A stretch of DNA of 61,239 nucleotides from an uncultured Iamiaceae bacterium (GTDB lineage Bacteria; Actinomycetota; Acidimicrobiia; Acidimicrobiales; Iamiaceae): positions 1-61,239 of the forward strand of contig CAZUYW010000001.1 of NCBI GenBank assembly GCA_964624775.1. Direction: 5' to 3'. Position numbers and translations under genes: made by a program. This document shows positions 1-12,675 of the stretch, piece after piece (the stretch's first letter is position 1; every line of letters starts with the position of its first letter). Below the pieces are notes generated by a model. That model saw only the letters and a program-made list of their open reading frames with translations. It was not told the origin of the DNA and searched no databases.

Positions 1-13
1 GGTCAACCGGCTG

Positions 14-1768
14 GTGACGGCGATGGCGGCGCTGACCCCGCCGCCGGCGGGACAGCGCACCGGTGGCGCCGTGGGAGGTGGACCGGTCCCGCCGGCCCCC
101 ACCCCGGCGGCCTCGACCGTCCAGAGCCTCGCCGCCGCGAGCCGGGCCGACCGCAACCGCGCCGCTCGGGCGCGAGCCGTGCAGCGCAACCGGATGATCG
201 CCGGCGGCGGGATCTTCGTCGTGCTCGTGCTCCTCCTCGCGATGTGCTCGAAGATCGTCGGTGACGACGGAGGCGGGTCCGACACCGCGTCGGGCGGCAA
301 GGGCGGCTCCACGCAGGCGTCGACCCCGCCGGCCACGGTGAAGCCCGGCGTGGCCGCCAAGCCGGTGCAGGCCTACGACGGCTGGGTCGACCCGAAGTCG
401 TCCGGGCAGCCGTGGAGCTCGGTGCTCCAGGGCCAGCTCACCTTCCGCGGCAACCCGACGCGCAGCTACTACGGCCTGGGCCCGCTGCCCAAGGACCCCA
501 AGGTCCTGTGGCGCTACCCGAAGTCGGGCGGCATGTGCGGCAGCTCGCCGGTGGGCGGCACCCCCCACAGCTGGTGCGGGTCGGGGTGGACGGGCCAGCC
601 GTCCGTCTGGCAGGAGGGCGACAAGGTCAAGATCGCCGTCGGCACCTACGACAAGCACATCCACTTCATCAACGCGGCCGACGGCACCGACTGGCTCGAG
701 CCGTTCAACATGAACGACATCATCAAGGGCTCGGTCACCCGCGACCCCGAGGGCCTGCCGCTGCTGTACTCGGGCAGCCGGGCCGACTTCCACATCCTCG
801 GCCTCGACCGCGACGGTGCTGCCGCGGACCTGTGGAGCATGAGCGCCGACAACGTGTCGCCCACCAAGTGGAACGACGACTGGGACTCCTCGCCGCTGAT
901 GATCGACGACTACCTCTTCGAGGGTGGCGAGAACGGGCAGTGGTACATCCTCAAGCTCAACCGCCACAAGGGCGCCGACGGCAAGATCGCCGTCGACCCC
1001 AAGATCGTGTTCCACGCCCCCGGCTGGGACGATCAGCTCCTCCGCGACCTCGCCGGGTCGGGGGCGCGGGTCAACGACGTGTCGATCGAGAACTCCCTCG
1101 CCATCTCGGGCAACACCGTCTACTTCGCCAACTCGGGCGGCCTCGTCCAGGGCTGGGACATCTCGGGCGTGAAGCAGGGCAAGGACCCCAAGCGGGTGTT
1201 CCGATTCTGGACCGGTGACGACACCGATGCCTCGGTGGTCATCGACCCCGAGGGCTTCCTCTACGTGGCGTCTGAGCGCGAGCGGAACTCGAGCTTCGCC
1301 CGCACCGACGAGGTCGGCCAGCTGATGAAGCTCGACCCCCGCAAGCCCGACGATCCGCTCGTGTGGTCCTACAAGGACCTCCCGCCCGAGGGCTCGCGCA
1401 CCGCGAGCTGCACGGAGGCCAGCTGCTACGGCATCTGGGGCACGCCGGGACTGGCCAACGGGGTCGTGTACGCCGACACCAACCACGGCGAGGTGCTCGG
1501 GCTCGACCAGAAGACCGGCAAGGTGCTCTGGAAGAAGAAGCTCCCCGGCCCCACCTGGCAGAGCCCGGTGATCGTCGACAAGGTCCTGCTCCAGGGCGAC
1601 TGCTCGGGCGTGCTGCACGCGTTCGACGTGTCCAACCCCCGGGTCGAGCCGCCCGAGCTGTGGTCCGTGCAGCTGGAGGGTTGCGTGGAGTCGACCCCCA
1701 CGGTCTTCAAGGGGAAGATCTACGTGGGCGCCCGCGGCGGCGCCTTCTACGCCATCGGCGACGCCTGA
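14..1768 (+). CDS. Membrane-anchored PQQ-like/BamB-type beta-propeller protein; may be 5'-truncated by the window edge
   Basis: Hydrophobic segment GIFVVLVLLLAMC, low-complexity linker, TFRGNPTRSYYG, repeated propeller motifs (LDQKTGKVLWK, ESTPTVFKGKIYVG); frame is open back to position 2. Confidence 0.75.
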   Translation: MTAMAALTPPPAGQRTGGAVGGGPVPPAPTPAASTVQSLAAASRADRNRAARARAVQRNRMIAGGGIFVVLVLLLAMCSKIVGDDGGGSDTASGGKGGSTQASTPPATVKPGVAAKPVQAYDGWVDPKSSGQPWSSVLQGQLTFRGNPTRSYYGLGPLPKDPKVLWRYPKSGGMCGSSPVGGTPHSWCGSGWTGQPSVWQEGDKVKIAVGTYDKHIHFINAADGTDWLEPFNMNDIIKGSVTRDPEGLPLLYSGSRADFHILGLDRDGAAADLWSMSADNVSPTKWNDDWDSSPLMIDDYLFEGGENGQWYILKLNRHKGADGKIAVDPKIVFHAPGWDDQLLRDLAGSGARVNDVSIENSLAISGNTVYFANSGGLVQGWDISGVKQGKDPKRVFRFWTGDDTDASVVIDPEGFLYVASERERNSSFARTDEVGQLMKLDPRKPDDPLVWSYKDLPPEGSRTASCTEASCYGIWGTPGLANGVVYADTNHGEVLGLDQKTGKVLWKKKLPGPTWQSPVIVDKVLLQGDCSGVLHAFDVSNPRVEPPELWSVQLEGCVESTPTVFKGKIYVGARGGAFYAIGDA

Positions 1769-1781
1769 TCGACCACCCGTT

Positions 1782-1834
1782 CCGCTTTGGTGCGGATCGA
1801 CCCCACCAGGTGGGGCTGAGGCGCACCAAAGCGG
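1782..1834. repeat. Intergenic compound hairpin (REP-like or bidirectional terminator) between convergent genes
   Basis: ccgctttggtgcg (1782-1794) pairs with cgcaccaaagcgg (1822-1834); inner stem ccccacc-a-ggtgggg. Confidence 0.7.
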
Positions 1835-1847
1835 CGGGAGCGGTGGG

Positions 1848-4415
1848 CTACTCGGTGGCGATGGCCTCGAGCACGTTGAGCTTGGCCGCCTTGGCGGCCG
1901 GGCGCAGCGAGGCGACGACGCCCAGGATGGCGCCGAACAGCACGACGGTGACCATGCCGCCGACGGGCACCTCGAACTCGCCGAGGCCCCGGCTGGCGAG
2001 CACCATCACCATGATCTTGGACAGCCCGAGGCCCAGGACGATGCCGATGACGGTGCCCATGAGCGCCACGATCGTGGCCTCCCACCGCACCGAGGCACGC
2101 AGCTGCGACCGGGTCATGCCCATGGCGCGCAGCAGGCCGAGCTCACGGGTCCGCTCGTGGATCGACAGGGACAGCGTGTTGGCGATGCCGATCAGTGCGA
2201 TCACGATCGACACGGCGAGCAGCCCGTAGATCACGTTCAGCAGGACCGAGATCTGCTGCACGATGCCGGAGGTGAACTGATCGCGGTCCTGGAGCTTCAT
2301 GGTCGGGTAGCGCTTCAGGACCTCCTTCAGCGGCGCCCGCAGGGAGGCCGGGTCGGTGCCGGCCTTCGCCTTCACGCCGAGCTGGTAGTCGGCGGGCCGG
2401 GGCGTGAGGCTGTTGATCGCCTCGCGGGTGACGGTCCACTGGCCGAGCAGGGCGGCATCGTCGCTCAGGGCGGCGATGGTGAACGCCTTGCGCCGCCCGC
2501 CCGGGGCGACCGCGCTGACCTTGTCGCCCAGCTTCAGCCCACGCTCCTTGGCGACGGCCTTGTCGACGACCATCTCGTCGTCGCCCAGGTCGCCGAGGTC
2601 GCCCTGGGCCATCTTCACGGTGAACACCTGCTCGAAGGTGGCCGGATCGATGCCGCCGATGATGCTCCCCGGCTTGCCGCCGTCGGGGAGGGTGAGCTGG
2701 GCGGGGACGATGCTGATCGCGGTGACTGTCTCGACGCCGTCGACCTGCGCGATCTCGTCGGCCAGCTTCGGGGACACGCCGCCGAAGCTGAACTGGTTGA
2801 GGGGCAGCACGATGTAGTCGCCGGTGAAGCCGCTGCCCACGGCGCTGCTGACCGAGGCCTGGGCGGACGTGGCGAAGATGGTGATGAACGCCACCAGGGC
2901 CACGCCGATCGTGAGCGCCGCCGACGTGGACGCGGTCCGGCGCGGGCTGCGCATGGCGTTCTCGCGGGCGATGCGGCCGGTGACGCCCCGGAGGCGGGGG
3001 AGCGGCGCGCCGACGAGGCGGGCCAGCGGCTTGGCCAGGATCGGCCCCTCGATGAGGACCGCGGCGATGATCAGGCCGAGGCCGAGGCCGACGCCGGGGA
3101 TGTCGCTGCTCAGCGGCTCGGCCTTGAACGCCGGCATGGTGAGCAGGACGCCGACGGCCAGGACCAGCAGGCCGAGGAGGGCCCGGATGCGCGAGGCGCC
3201 CGAGCGGTCGAGGGCGACGTCGCGCAGCGCGGCGATGGGCGGCACCCGCGTGGCGCGCACCGCGGGGCCGACCGCGGCGATCGCGGTGATGACCATGCCG
3301 ACGAGCACGGCCTCGAGGGCCACGATCGGCTCGATGACCAGGCCCGCGCTGGGCAGGCCGAAGCCGATCGCGTCGAGGCCGACGAACGCCGCCTTGGCGA
3401 GGGCGACACCGCTGATGAAGCCCAGCACCGAGGACACGATGCCGATCATCAGGGCCTCGACGAAGACCGAACCCAGGACCTGGGAGCGGGTGGCCCCGAT
3501 GGCCCGGAGCAGGGCCAGCTCCCGGGTGCGCTGGGCCACGAGGATCCCGAACGTGTTCGAGATGATGAACCAGCCGACGAACAGGGCGATGGCGGCGAAG
3601 ATCAGCAGGGCGGTGCGGAAGAAGCCGAACGCATCCTTCACGTCGGACGCCTGCTCGGCCGCGGCCTGCTTGCCGGTGACGACGTCGGCGTCCGGGGACA
3701 CCTTGGCCTCGGCGATGCGCCGGGTCAGCTCCTCGGGGGTCACCCCGGGGTCGCCGCGCACCGAGATCGTGTCGACCTTGCCGGGCTCGCCGGCGAGCGC
3801 CTGGGAGGTGGCGAGGGTGGTGCCCACGAAGGTGGAGCCGCCGGCGGAGTCGGCGTTGCCGAACCGGCTGATGCCCACCAGCTCGAACCGCTCCTTGCCC
3901 TTGGGCGTGATGAGCGTGACCTTCTTGCCGAGGGTGAACTTGCCCTTGTCGACGGTGGCGGCGTCGATCACCACCTCGTCGTCGGCCTTGGGCTCGTGGC
4001 CCTCGACGACCTGGTACGACGCCATCTTCTTGTCGTAGGCCCACGTGCCGACGATCGTGGGCGGCCCGAACCCGCCCATGGGCTCGCCGTTCGCGTCGAG
4101 CAGGGTCAGCGTGAACGCCGACATCGAGCCCTCGGCCTTGGCCACGCCGGGGACCGTCTCGACCTTGGCGACGGTGTCCTCGTCGAGCAGGGCGCGCTGG
4201 GTGCCCACCTGGTCCGAGGAGAACAGCTCCTTGCCCCGGACGACGGTGTCCACGCCCTTGCCGAGGTCACCGAACAGGTCGTCGAAGACGCTGTTGATGG
4301 TGTTCGACAGCACGAGCATGCCGGTCATGAAGGCCACGCCGAGGATGACGGCGATGCAGGTGGAGATCAGGCGCCGCTTGTGGGACCACAGCGACCGCAG
4401 GGTGGTGCGCAGCAC
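1848..4415 (-). CDS. ABC transporter permease, FtsX/MacB family (two FtsX halves)
   Basis: QRTRELALLRAIGAT and ERTRELGLLRAMGMT motifs, multiple TM segments, adjacent ATPase. Confidence 0.93.
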   Translation of the reverse strand: MLRTTLRSLWSHKRRLISTCIAVILGVAFMTGMLVLSNTINSVFDDLFGDLGKGVDTVVRGKELFSSDQVGTQRALLDEDTVAKVETVPGVAKAEGSMSAFTLTLLDANGEPMGGFGPPTIVGTWAYDKKMASYQVVEGHEPKADDEVVIDAATVDKGKFTLGKKVTLITPKGKERFELVGISRFGNADSAGGSTFVGTTLATSQALAGEPGKVDTISVRGDPGVTPEELTRRIAEAKVSPDADVVTGKQAAAEQASDVKDAFGFFRTALLIFAAIALFVGWFIISNTFGILVAQRTRELALLRAIGATRSQVLGSVFVEALMIGIVSSVLGFISGVALAKAAFVGLDAIGFGLPSAGLVIEPIVALEAVLVGMVITAIAAVGPAVRATRVPPIAALRDVALDRSGASRIRALLGLLVLAVGVLLTMPAFKAEPLSSDIPGVGLGLGLIIAAVLIEGPILAKPLARLVGAPLPRLRGVTGRIARENAMRSPRRTASTSAALTIGVALVAFITIFATSAQASVSSAVGSGFTGDYIVLPLNQFSFGGVSPKLADEIAQVDGVETVTAISIVPAQLTLPDGGKPGSIIGGIDPATFEQVFTVKMAQGDLGDLGDDEMVVDKAVAKERGLKLGDKVSAVAPGGRRKAFTIAALSDDAALLGQWTVTREAINSLTPRPADYQLGVKAKAGTDPASLRAPLKEVLKRYPTMKLQDRDQFTSGIVQQISVLLNVIYGLLAVSIVIALIGIANTLSLSIHERTRELGLLRAMGMTRSQLRASVRWEATIVALMGTVIGIVLGLGLSKIMVMVLASRGLGEFEVPVGGMVTVVLFGAILGVVASLRPAAKAAKLNVLEAIATE

Positions 4416-4419
4416 GGGC

Positions 4420-5187
<768 letters not shown>

Positions 5188-5237
5188 CGGACCATCCTGG
5201 CCGGTCAGCCGCCGCGATCCCACCCCCAATCCGGTGA

Positions 5238-6665
<1,428 letters not shown>

Positions 6666-6677
6666 GGGAGGCACGCG

Positions 6678-7910
6678 ATGAAGGTCGTCGTCGTCGGATC
6701 GGGAGGCCGCGAGCATGCGCTCGCCTCCGTGCTCGGCCGCACCGCCGAGGTGATCGTGACCCCCGGGAACCCGGGCATCCCCGGCTCCGTCGACACGCCG
6801 GTCACCGACCTCGTCGCCGACGGCTCGGTCGACCTCGTGGTGATCGGGCCCGAGCAGCCGCTGGTCGCCGGCCTCGCCGACCGGCTCCGGGCCAAGGGCG
6901 TGCGGGTCTTCGGCCCCGGTGCCGAGGGCGCCCGCGTCGAGGGGTCGAAGGCCTACATGAAGCAGCTCGCCGAGGCCGCCGGTCTGCCCACCGCCCGCTT
7001 CGGGGCCTTCACCGACCTCGATGAGGCGCGGGACTTCCTCGTGTCGCTCCCCGGGCCCTACGTCATCAAGACCGACGGCCTCGCTGCGGGCAAGGGCGTC
7101 TACGTCACCGATTCGCTCGCCGCAGCCGACGACGACCTCGAGGCCAAGCTCGGCGGCGAGGCGTTCGGCGACGCCGGCCGGCGCGTCGTGATCGAGGAGT
7201 TCCTCGAGGGCCCCGAGGTGTCGGTGTTCGCGGTGTGCGACGGCACCCGCACGGTCTGCCTGCCGGCCGCCCAGGACTTCAAGCGGGTCGGCGACGGCGA
7301 CCAGGGTCCCAACACCGGCGGCATGGGGGCGTGGTCCCCGCTGTCCTTCGTGCCCGACGACTTCTGCGATCAGATCGCCGCCACGTTCATCGAGCCCACG
7401 CTCGCCGAGCTCACCCGCCGCGGGATCGACTACCGCGGCGTGCTCTACGCAGGCTTCATCCTCACCGCCGAGGGTCCCAAGTTGCTCGAGTACAACGTGC
7501 GCTTCGGGGATCCCGACTCCCAGGTCGTGCTGCTGCGGATGACCTCGGACCTGGCCGGCCTGCTCGCCGCCGCCGCCGACGGCGACCTCACCACGGTCCC
7601 GGCTCCCACCTTCGCCGACGCCGCCGCCGTCCTGGTGGTGGCCGCGGCCGAGGGCTACCCCCTCAACCCGCGCACCGGTGACGTGATCGCCGGCCTCGAC
7701 GAGGCGCGCGCCGTCGAGGGCGTGGATGTCCTCTGCGCCGGCGTGGGCCTCAGCGCGACCGGGGATCTCGTCACCGCCGGAGGCCGGGTGCTGAACGTGG
7801 TCGGGCGCGGTCCCGACGTCGACACCGCCCGCGCCCGGGCCTACGACGCGATCGCCCGGATCTCCTGGCCCGGCATGCACCACCGAACCGACATCGCCGC
7901 GGCACACTGA
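6678..7910 (+). CDS. purD: Phosphoribosylamine--glycine ligase
   Basis: GSGGREHAL, DGLAAGKGV, GPNTGGMGA, EYNVRFGDP. Confidence 0.97.
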   Translation: MKVVVVGSGGREHALASVLGRTAEVIVTPGNPGIPGSVDTPVTDLVADGSVDLVVIGPEQPLVAGLADRLRAKGVRVFGPGAEGARVEGSKAYMKQLAEAAGLPTARFGAFTDLDEARDFLVSLPGPYVIKTDGLAAGKGVYVTDSLAAADDDLEAKLGGEAFGDAGRRVVIEEFLEGPEVSVFAVCDGTRTVCLPAAQDFKRVGDGDQGPNTGGMGAWSPLSFVPDDFCDQIAATFIEPTLAELTRRGIDYRGVLYAGFILTAEGPKLLEYNVRFGDPDSQVVLLRMTSDLAGLLAAAADGDLTTVPAPTFADAAAVLVVAAAEGYPLNPRTGDVIAGLDEARAVEGVDVLCAGVGLSATGDLVTAGGRVLNVVGRGPDVDTARARAYDAIARISWPGMHHRTDIAAAH

Positions 7911-7936
7911 CCGTCCACATCGGCGAAGGAGCACAC

Positions 7937-8398
7937 GTGTCCGACCACAAGGTGGCGATCCTCATGGGGTCGCCGAACGACCGTCCCAAGATGGCCCCTG
8001 CGGCCGAGACCCTCGAGGGCTTCGGCATCACCGCCGACGTCCACGTCATGTCCGCGCACCGCACGCCCGCGAAGGTGGCGTCCTTCGTCGGCGGCGCGCG
8101 CGAGGCCGGCTACGCGGCCATCATCTGCGGTGCCGGCATGGCGGCCCACCTGGCCGGTGCTGCTGCGGCCCACACCACCCTCCCCGTCATCGGCGTGCCG
8201 CTGTCGGGTGGGGCCCTGAACGGGGTCGACGCGCTGTACGCCACCGTCCAGATGCCCAAGGGCATCCCGGTGGCCACGGTCGCCGTCGACGGTGCGATCA
8301 ACGCCGCCCTGCTCGTCGTGCAGATGCTCGCCATCACCGACGCGTCGCTGGTCGAGGCCCTGGCGGCCGACCGCGAGGCGCGGGCCGCCGCGAGCTGA
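7937..8398 (+). CDS. purE: N5-CAIR mutase (class I PurE)
   Basis: [36 protein letters not shown]. Confidence 0.96.
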   Translation: MSDHKVAILMGSPNDRPKMAPAAETLEGFGITADVHVMSAHRTPAKVASFVGGAREAGYAAIICGAGMAAHLAGAAAAHTTLPVIGVPLSGGALNGVDALYATVQMPKGIPVATVAVDGAINAALLVVQMLAITDASLVEALAADREARAAAS

Positions 8399-8411
8399 GC
8401 GCTCGCCCGGC

Positions 8412-8813
8412 TCAGACCGGGCGGGGGTGGCTGACGGCCTCGGCCGCCGACGGGCTCAGGGTGCTGGGCGCCGGCACGGTCGCGCTCGGGGGCGGGGGGA
8501 GCGCGGCGGGGTCGTAGGCGGGGGTCACCGGCTTGGCCTTGGCGGCGGCCTTCGCGGCCTTGCGCTCGAGCTTGGCGGCGTCGCGCTGGGCCTTGCGCTC
8601 GGCCCGGAGCACCTTGCGGTCCGGCGGCGCCTGCTCGGGGGTGTGGACGCGCGCGGTCTGGCGGACCCCGGCCTCGGCGAGGGCGCAGCCCACGCAGAAC
8701 GGCGGCTTCTTGGGGCCGAACGGGTAGACGAGGCAGCGACGGCAGAACGCCTGCCCGCACGACTTGCAGGTGCCTGAGATCGGCTCCTCGAAGTGCCGGA
8801 TGCAGTGGTTCAC
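8412..8813 (-). CDS. Small B-box-like zinc-finger protein
   Basis: GTG 8813 preceded by GGAGGAG; CxxH...CxxC...CxxC...CxxC followed by a Lys/Ala-rich helix and Pro-rich tail. Confidence 0.75.
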   Translation of the reverse strand: MNHCIRHFEEPISGTCKSCGQAFCRRCLVYPFGPKKPPFCVGCALAEAGVRQTARVHTPEQAPPDRKVLRAERKAQRDAAKLERKAAKAAAKAKPVTPAYDPAALPPPPSATVPAPSTLSPSAAEAVSHPRPV

Positions 8814-8907
8814 CGTTCTCCTCCCGTGCGTGCCACGGGCACACGATCGGCAGGTCGCGGCCGTTCTTGAGGAAGCCCGGAGGGGCGGCCCGCTACCGTC
8901 GGGACCC

Positions 8908-10326
8908 GTGAAGCCCGTCATCGCCAACGTCCTCGCCTCCCGCTACGCGAGCCCCGAGATGGCCGAGCTGTTCTCGGCGGAGCACAAGGTCGTGCTCGAG
9001 CGGCGCCTCTGGCTGGCGGTGCTGCGGGCCCAGGCCGAGCTCGGCGTCGAGGTGCCCGACGGCGTCGTCGACGCCTACGAGGCCGTGGTCGACCAGGTGG
9101 ACCTGGCGTCGATCGCCGAGCGCGAGCGGGTGACCCGCCACGACGTGAAAGCGCGGATCGAGGAGTTCTCCGCGCGCGCCGGCCACGAGCACATCCACAA
9201 GGGGATGACCTCGCGGGACCTGACCGAGAACGTCGAGCAGCTCCAGGTGCGCGACGCGCTGGTGCTGGTGCGGGTCCGGATGGTGGCGGTCCTGACCCGG
9301 CTGGCCGAGCGGGCCGCCGAGCACGCCACCACGGTCATCACCGGTCGCAGCCACAACGTGCCCGCCCAGGCCACGACGCTGGGCAAGCGCTTCGCCAACG
9401 CCGGCCAGGAGCTGCTCGTGGCGCTGCGCCGCATCGACGAGCTGCTCGACCGCTACCCGCTGCGCGGCATCAAGGGGCCGGTCGGCACCCAGCAGGACAT
9501 GCTCGACCTGCTCGGCTCGCCCGAGGCGGTGGTCACCCTGGAGCAGGCGGTGGTGGGCCACCTCGGCTTCGAGGCCTGGCTGGACAACGTCGGCCAGGTG
9601 TACCCGCGCTCGCTCGACCTCGACGTGGTGTCGGCGCTGGTGCAGGCGGCGGCGGGGCCGGCCAGCCTGGCCACCACCCTGCGCCTGATGGCCGGCCAGG
9701 AGCTGGTCACGGAGGGGTTCAAGCCGGGCCAGGTCGGTTCCTCGGCCATGCCCCACAAGATGAACTCCCGCTCGTGCGAGCGGGTGTGCGGCTTCAACGC
9801 CATCCTGGGCGGCCACCTCACGATGGTGGCGGCCCTGTCGGGCGGCCAGTGGAACGAGGGCGACGTCAGCGATTCGGTGGTGCGCCGGGTGGCGCTGCCC
9901 GACGCGTTCTTCGCCCTCGACGGGCTGTTCGAGACGTTCCTCACCGTGCTCGACGAGTTCGGCGCCTTCCCCGCAGTGATCGAGCGCGAGAACCAGCGCT
10001 ACCTCCCGTTCCTGGCCACCACGAAGGTCCTGATGGCCGCGGTGCGGGCCGGTGTGGGGCGCGAGCAGGCCCACGAGGTGATCAAGGAGTCCGCCGTCGC
10101 CGTGGCGCTGGCCATGCGCGAGGGGGCCGACAACGACCTGATCGACCGGCTTGCCGCCGATGCCCGGCTGGGCCTGGATCGCGGTGCGATCGACGCCGCG
10201 ATCGCCAACCCCCTCGACCTCGTGGGCCTGGCACCGAGCCAGGTGCACGCGTTCGTGGCCGCGGTGGAGCTCGTCGCCGCTGCCGATCCGGAGGCGGCCG
10301 CGTACCGCCCCGGCGACATCCTCTGA
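8908..10326 (+). CDS. purB: Adenylosuccinate lyase
   Basis: ANVLASRYAS, HKGMTSRD, SSAMPHKMN; start reassigned to GTG 8908. Confidence 0.96.
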   Translation: MKPVIANVLASRYASPEMAELFSAEHKVVLERRLWLAVLRAQAELGVEVPDGVVDAYEAVVDQVDLASIAERERVTRHDVKARIEEFSARAGHEHIHKGMTSRDLTENVEQLQVRDALVLVRVRMVAVLTRLAERAAEHATTVITGRSHNVPAQATTLGKRFANAGQELLVALRRIDELLDRYPLRGIKGPVGTQQDMLDLLGSPEAVVTLEQAVVGHLGFEAWLDNVGQVYPRSLDLDVVSALVQAAAGPASLATTLRLMAGQELVTEGFKPGQVGSSAMPHKMNSRSCERVCGFNAILGGHLTMVAALSGGQWNEGDVSDSVVRRVALPDAFFALDGLFETFLTVLDEFGAFPAVIERENQRYLPFLATTKVLMAAVRAGVGREQAHEVIKESAVAVALAMREGADNDLIDRLAADARLGLDRGAIDAAIANPLDLVGLAPSQVHAFVAAVELVAAADPEAAAYRPGDIL

Positions 10327-10374
10327 GCCGGAACCCATCTACGAAGTCCGGTTCGGGTTTGGTAGCCTCCGCCC

Positions 10375-11271
10375 ATGCCTGCACCGTCGATCCCCAAGCT
10401 GTACTCCGGCAAGGTCCGTGACATCTACGACGCCGGGGACGACCGCCTCCTCATGGTCACCTCGGACCGCCTGTCGGCGTTCGACGTGGTGCTCGACGAG
10501 CCGATCCCGGGCAAGGGTCGGGTGCTCACCGCCATGTCGGCGTTCTGGTTCGAGCGCTTCGCCGACACCATCGGCGCCCACCTGATCACCACCGACCTCG
10601 GCGAGCTCGGCGACTTGGGCATCGCGCCCGACGATCCCGATCTCGCGGGTCGGGTGATGCTGTGCCACAAGGCCGAGATGCTCCCGATCGAGTGCATCGT
10701 GCGCGGCTACATCACCGGTTCGGCCTGGAAGGAGTACCGGGCCTCGGGGACGATGAACGGTGCACCGCTGCCCGAGGGCCTGCTCGAGTCGTCCCAGCTG
10801 CCCGAGCCGGTGTTCACGCCCTCCACCAAGGCCGAGGTCGGCGACCACGACATCAACATCTCCTTCGAGGAGGCCGCGAACCTCGTCGGCACCGAGCTCG
10901 CCGAGCGGGCCCGTGATGTCTCGCTGCGCCTCTACGCCGAGGGGGCGGCGTGGGCCGCCGAGCGCGGCATCATCATCGCCGACACCAAGTTCGAGCTCGG
11001 CCTGCTCGACGGCGAGCTGATCCTGTGCGACGAGGTGCTCACGCCCGACTCCTCGCGGTTCTGGCCGGCGGATGCCTGGGTGCCCGGCTCGACCCCGCCC
11101 AGCTTCGACAAGCAGCCGGTGCGCGACTTCCTCGATGGCCTCGACTGGGACAAGTCGCCGCCGCCCCCGCCGCTCGGCGCCGAGGTGGTCGAGGCCACCC
11201 GCGCCCGGTACGTCGAGGCCTACGAGCGCATCACCGGGCGCTCCTTCGCCGACTGGCCCGGGGGTTCCTGA
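10375..11271 (+). CDS. purC: SAICAR synthetase
   Basis: SGKVRDIY, SDRLSAFD, ADTKFELG, DEVLTPDSSRFW. Confidence 0.97.
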   Translation: MPAPSIPKLYSGKVRDIYDAGDDRLLMVTSDRLSAFDVVLDEPIPGKGRVLTAMSAFWFERFADTIGAHLITTDLGELGDLGIAPDDPDLAGRVMLCHKAEMLPIECIVRGYITGSAWKEYRASGTMNGAPLPEGLLESSQLPEPVFTPSTKAEVGDHDINISFEEAANLVGTELAERARDVSLRLYAEGAAWAAERGIIIADTKFELGLLDGELILCDEVLTPDSSRFWPADAWVPGSTPPSFDKQPVRDFLDGLDWDKSPPPPPLGAEVVEATRARYVEAYERITGRSFADWPGGS

Positions 11272-11302
11272 GCCGACGTCGCCGTGTGCGACGATGGGGA
11301 CC

Positions 11303-11569
11303 ATGTTGTTCTCGGTGCAGGTTGAGGTGTCCCTTCGCGAGGGGGTGGCCGACCCGCAGGGCGCCACCATCGAGCGCTCGCTGCCCCATCTGGGGTTCGA
11401 CGGCGTCCGCGGCGTGCGGGTCGGCAAGTCGATCCGTTTCGACCTCGAGGCGACCGACGCCGAGTCGGCGGCCGCCGAGGTCGACGACCTCTGCCATCGG
11501 TTCCTCACGAACCCGGTGATCGAGGACGCCACGGTCACGATCACCGCGGCTGACGCGGCCTCCGCCTGA
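11303..11569 (+). CDS. purS: FGAM synthase subunit PurS
   Basis: DPQGATI, RVGK, LTNPVIE; stop overlaps purQ ATG. Confidence 0.93.
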   Translation: MLFSVQVEVSLREGVADPQGATIERSLPHLGFDGVRGVRVGKSIRFDLEATDAESAAAEVDDLCHRFLTNPVIEDATVTITAADAASA

Positions 11570-12234
11570 TGGCCCCCCGGGTCGGCGTCGTCCAGTTCCC
11601 GGGCTCGAACTGCGAGCTCGACGTGCTCGAGGCGGTGCGCCTGCTGGGCGGCGACGCGGAGATCCTCTGGCACGGCGACGAGACGACGAACGGGGTCGAC
11701 GCCGTCGTGGTGCCCGGCGGGTTCGCCCACGGTGACTACCTCCGCCCGGGCGCCATCGCCCGCTTCTCCCCGGTGATGTCGGCCGTGTCCGCCTTCGCGG
11801 CGTCGGGCGGCCCCGTCGTCGGCATCTGCAACGGCTTCCAGGTGCTCACCGAGGCGGGTCTCCTGCCCGGTGCGCTCCAGAAGAACCGGGGCCTCAAGTT
11901 CGTGTGCGCGCCGACGCAGCTGCGCGTGACCTCGGCCAACTCCGTGCTCACCGCGGGGCTCGAGGTCGGGGCGATCCTGTCGGTGCCGATCAACCACTTC
12001 GAGGGCAACTTCACCTGCTCGCCCGAGACGCTCGCCCAGATGCAGGCCGAGGACCAGATCGTCCTCCGCTACGTCGACAACCCCAACGGCTCCGTCGACG
12101 ACATCGCCGGCATCACCAACGCCGGGCGCAACGTGGTGGGGCTCATGCCCCACCCGGAGCGGGCGATCAGCCCGCTCCTCGGGTCCACCGACGGCCTCGG
12201 TCTCCTCGGCGCGCTGGTCGGCGCGGCGAGCTGA
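11569..12234 (+). CDS. purQ: FGAM synthase glutaminase subunit
   Basis: FPGSNC, GGFAHGDYLR, GICNGFQ, MPHPE. Confidence 0.97.
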   Translation: MAPRVGVVQFPGSNCELDVLEAVRLLGGDAEILWHGDETTNGVDAVVVPGGFAHGDYLRPGAIARFSPVMSAVSAFAASGGPVVGICNGFQVLTEAGLLPGALQKNRGLKFVCAPTQLRVTSANSVLTAGLEVGAILSVPINHFEGNFTCSPETLAQMQAEDQIVLRYVDNPNGSVDDIAGITNAGRNVVGLMPHPERAISPLLGSTDGLGLLGALVGAAS

Positions 12235-12258
12235 GGCCGCCGGCGGAGCCCGATCGGC

Positions 12259-12675
12259 TCAGCTGGTGCGGGGGATCCCGGCGGCACGCAGCACCGCGGG
12301 CGCCACGCCGACGGCGCGGAAGGCCGAGTAGGTCAGGCCCTTGCGGGCGGCGTAGGGACCGGCGGCAGCGATGAACGCCGCCTCGAGCTCGCTGATGTCG
12401 AAGGAGGGCTCGGTGGCCTCGAGCTCGGCCTGGAGGTCCATCTGCTCCTGGGTCAGCTGGAGCTTGCGGAGCGGATCGGCGTCGACGAGCTCGGCCTCGA
12501 CCTTGGCGAGGCGCGCCTTCACCGAGTCGGTGGTGCGCTTGCGGCCACGCTTGGGCTTGTTGGCGGCGAGGGCCTCGAGGTACCGGCTCACCGCCCGTCC
12601 CTGGGCTCGGCCTTCGGCCAGCGCGGCCTTGTGGTCATCGGACATGGTTCGTGTTTGGGTCTTCTTCGGGGGCAT
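12259..12675 (-). CDS. Hypothetical helical protein with RGR (AT-hook-like) motif; possible nucleoid-associated protein
   Basis: Host-like codon usage; NKPKRGRKRT followed by coiled-coil-like segment; function is inference. Confidence 0.75.
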   Translation of the reverse strand: MPPKKTQTRTMSDDHKAALAEGRAQGRAVSRYLEALAANKPKRGRKRTTDSVKARLAKVEAELVDADPLRKLQLTQEQMDLQAELEATEPSFDISELEAAFIAAAGPYAARKGLTYSAFRAVGVAPAVLRAAGIPRTS

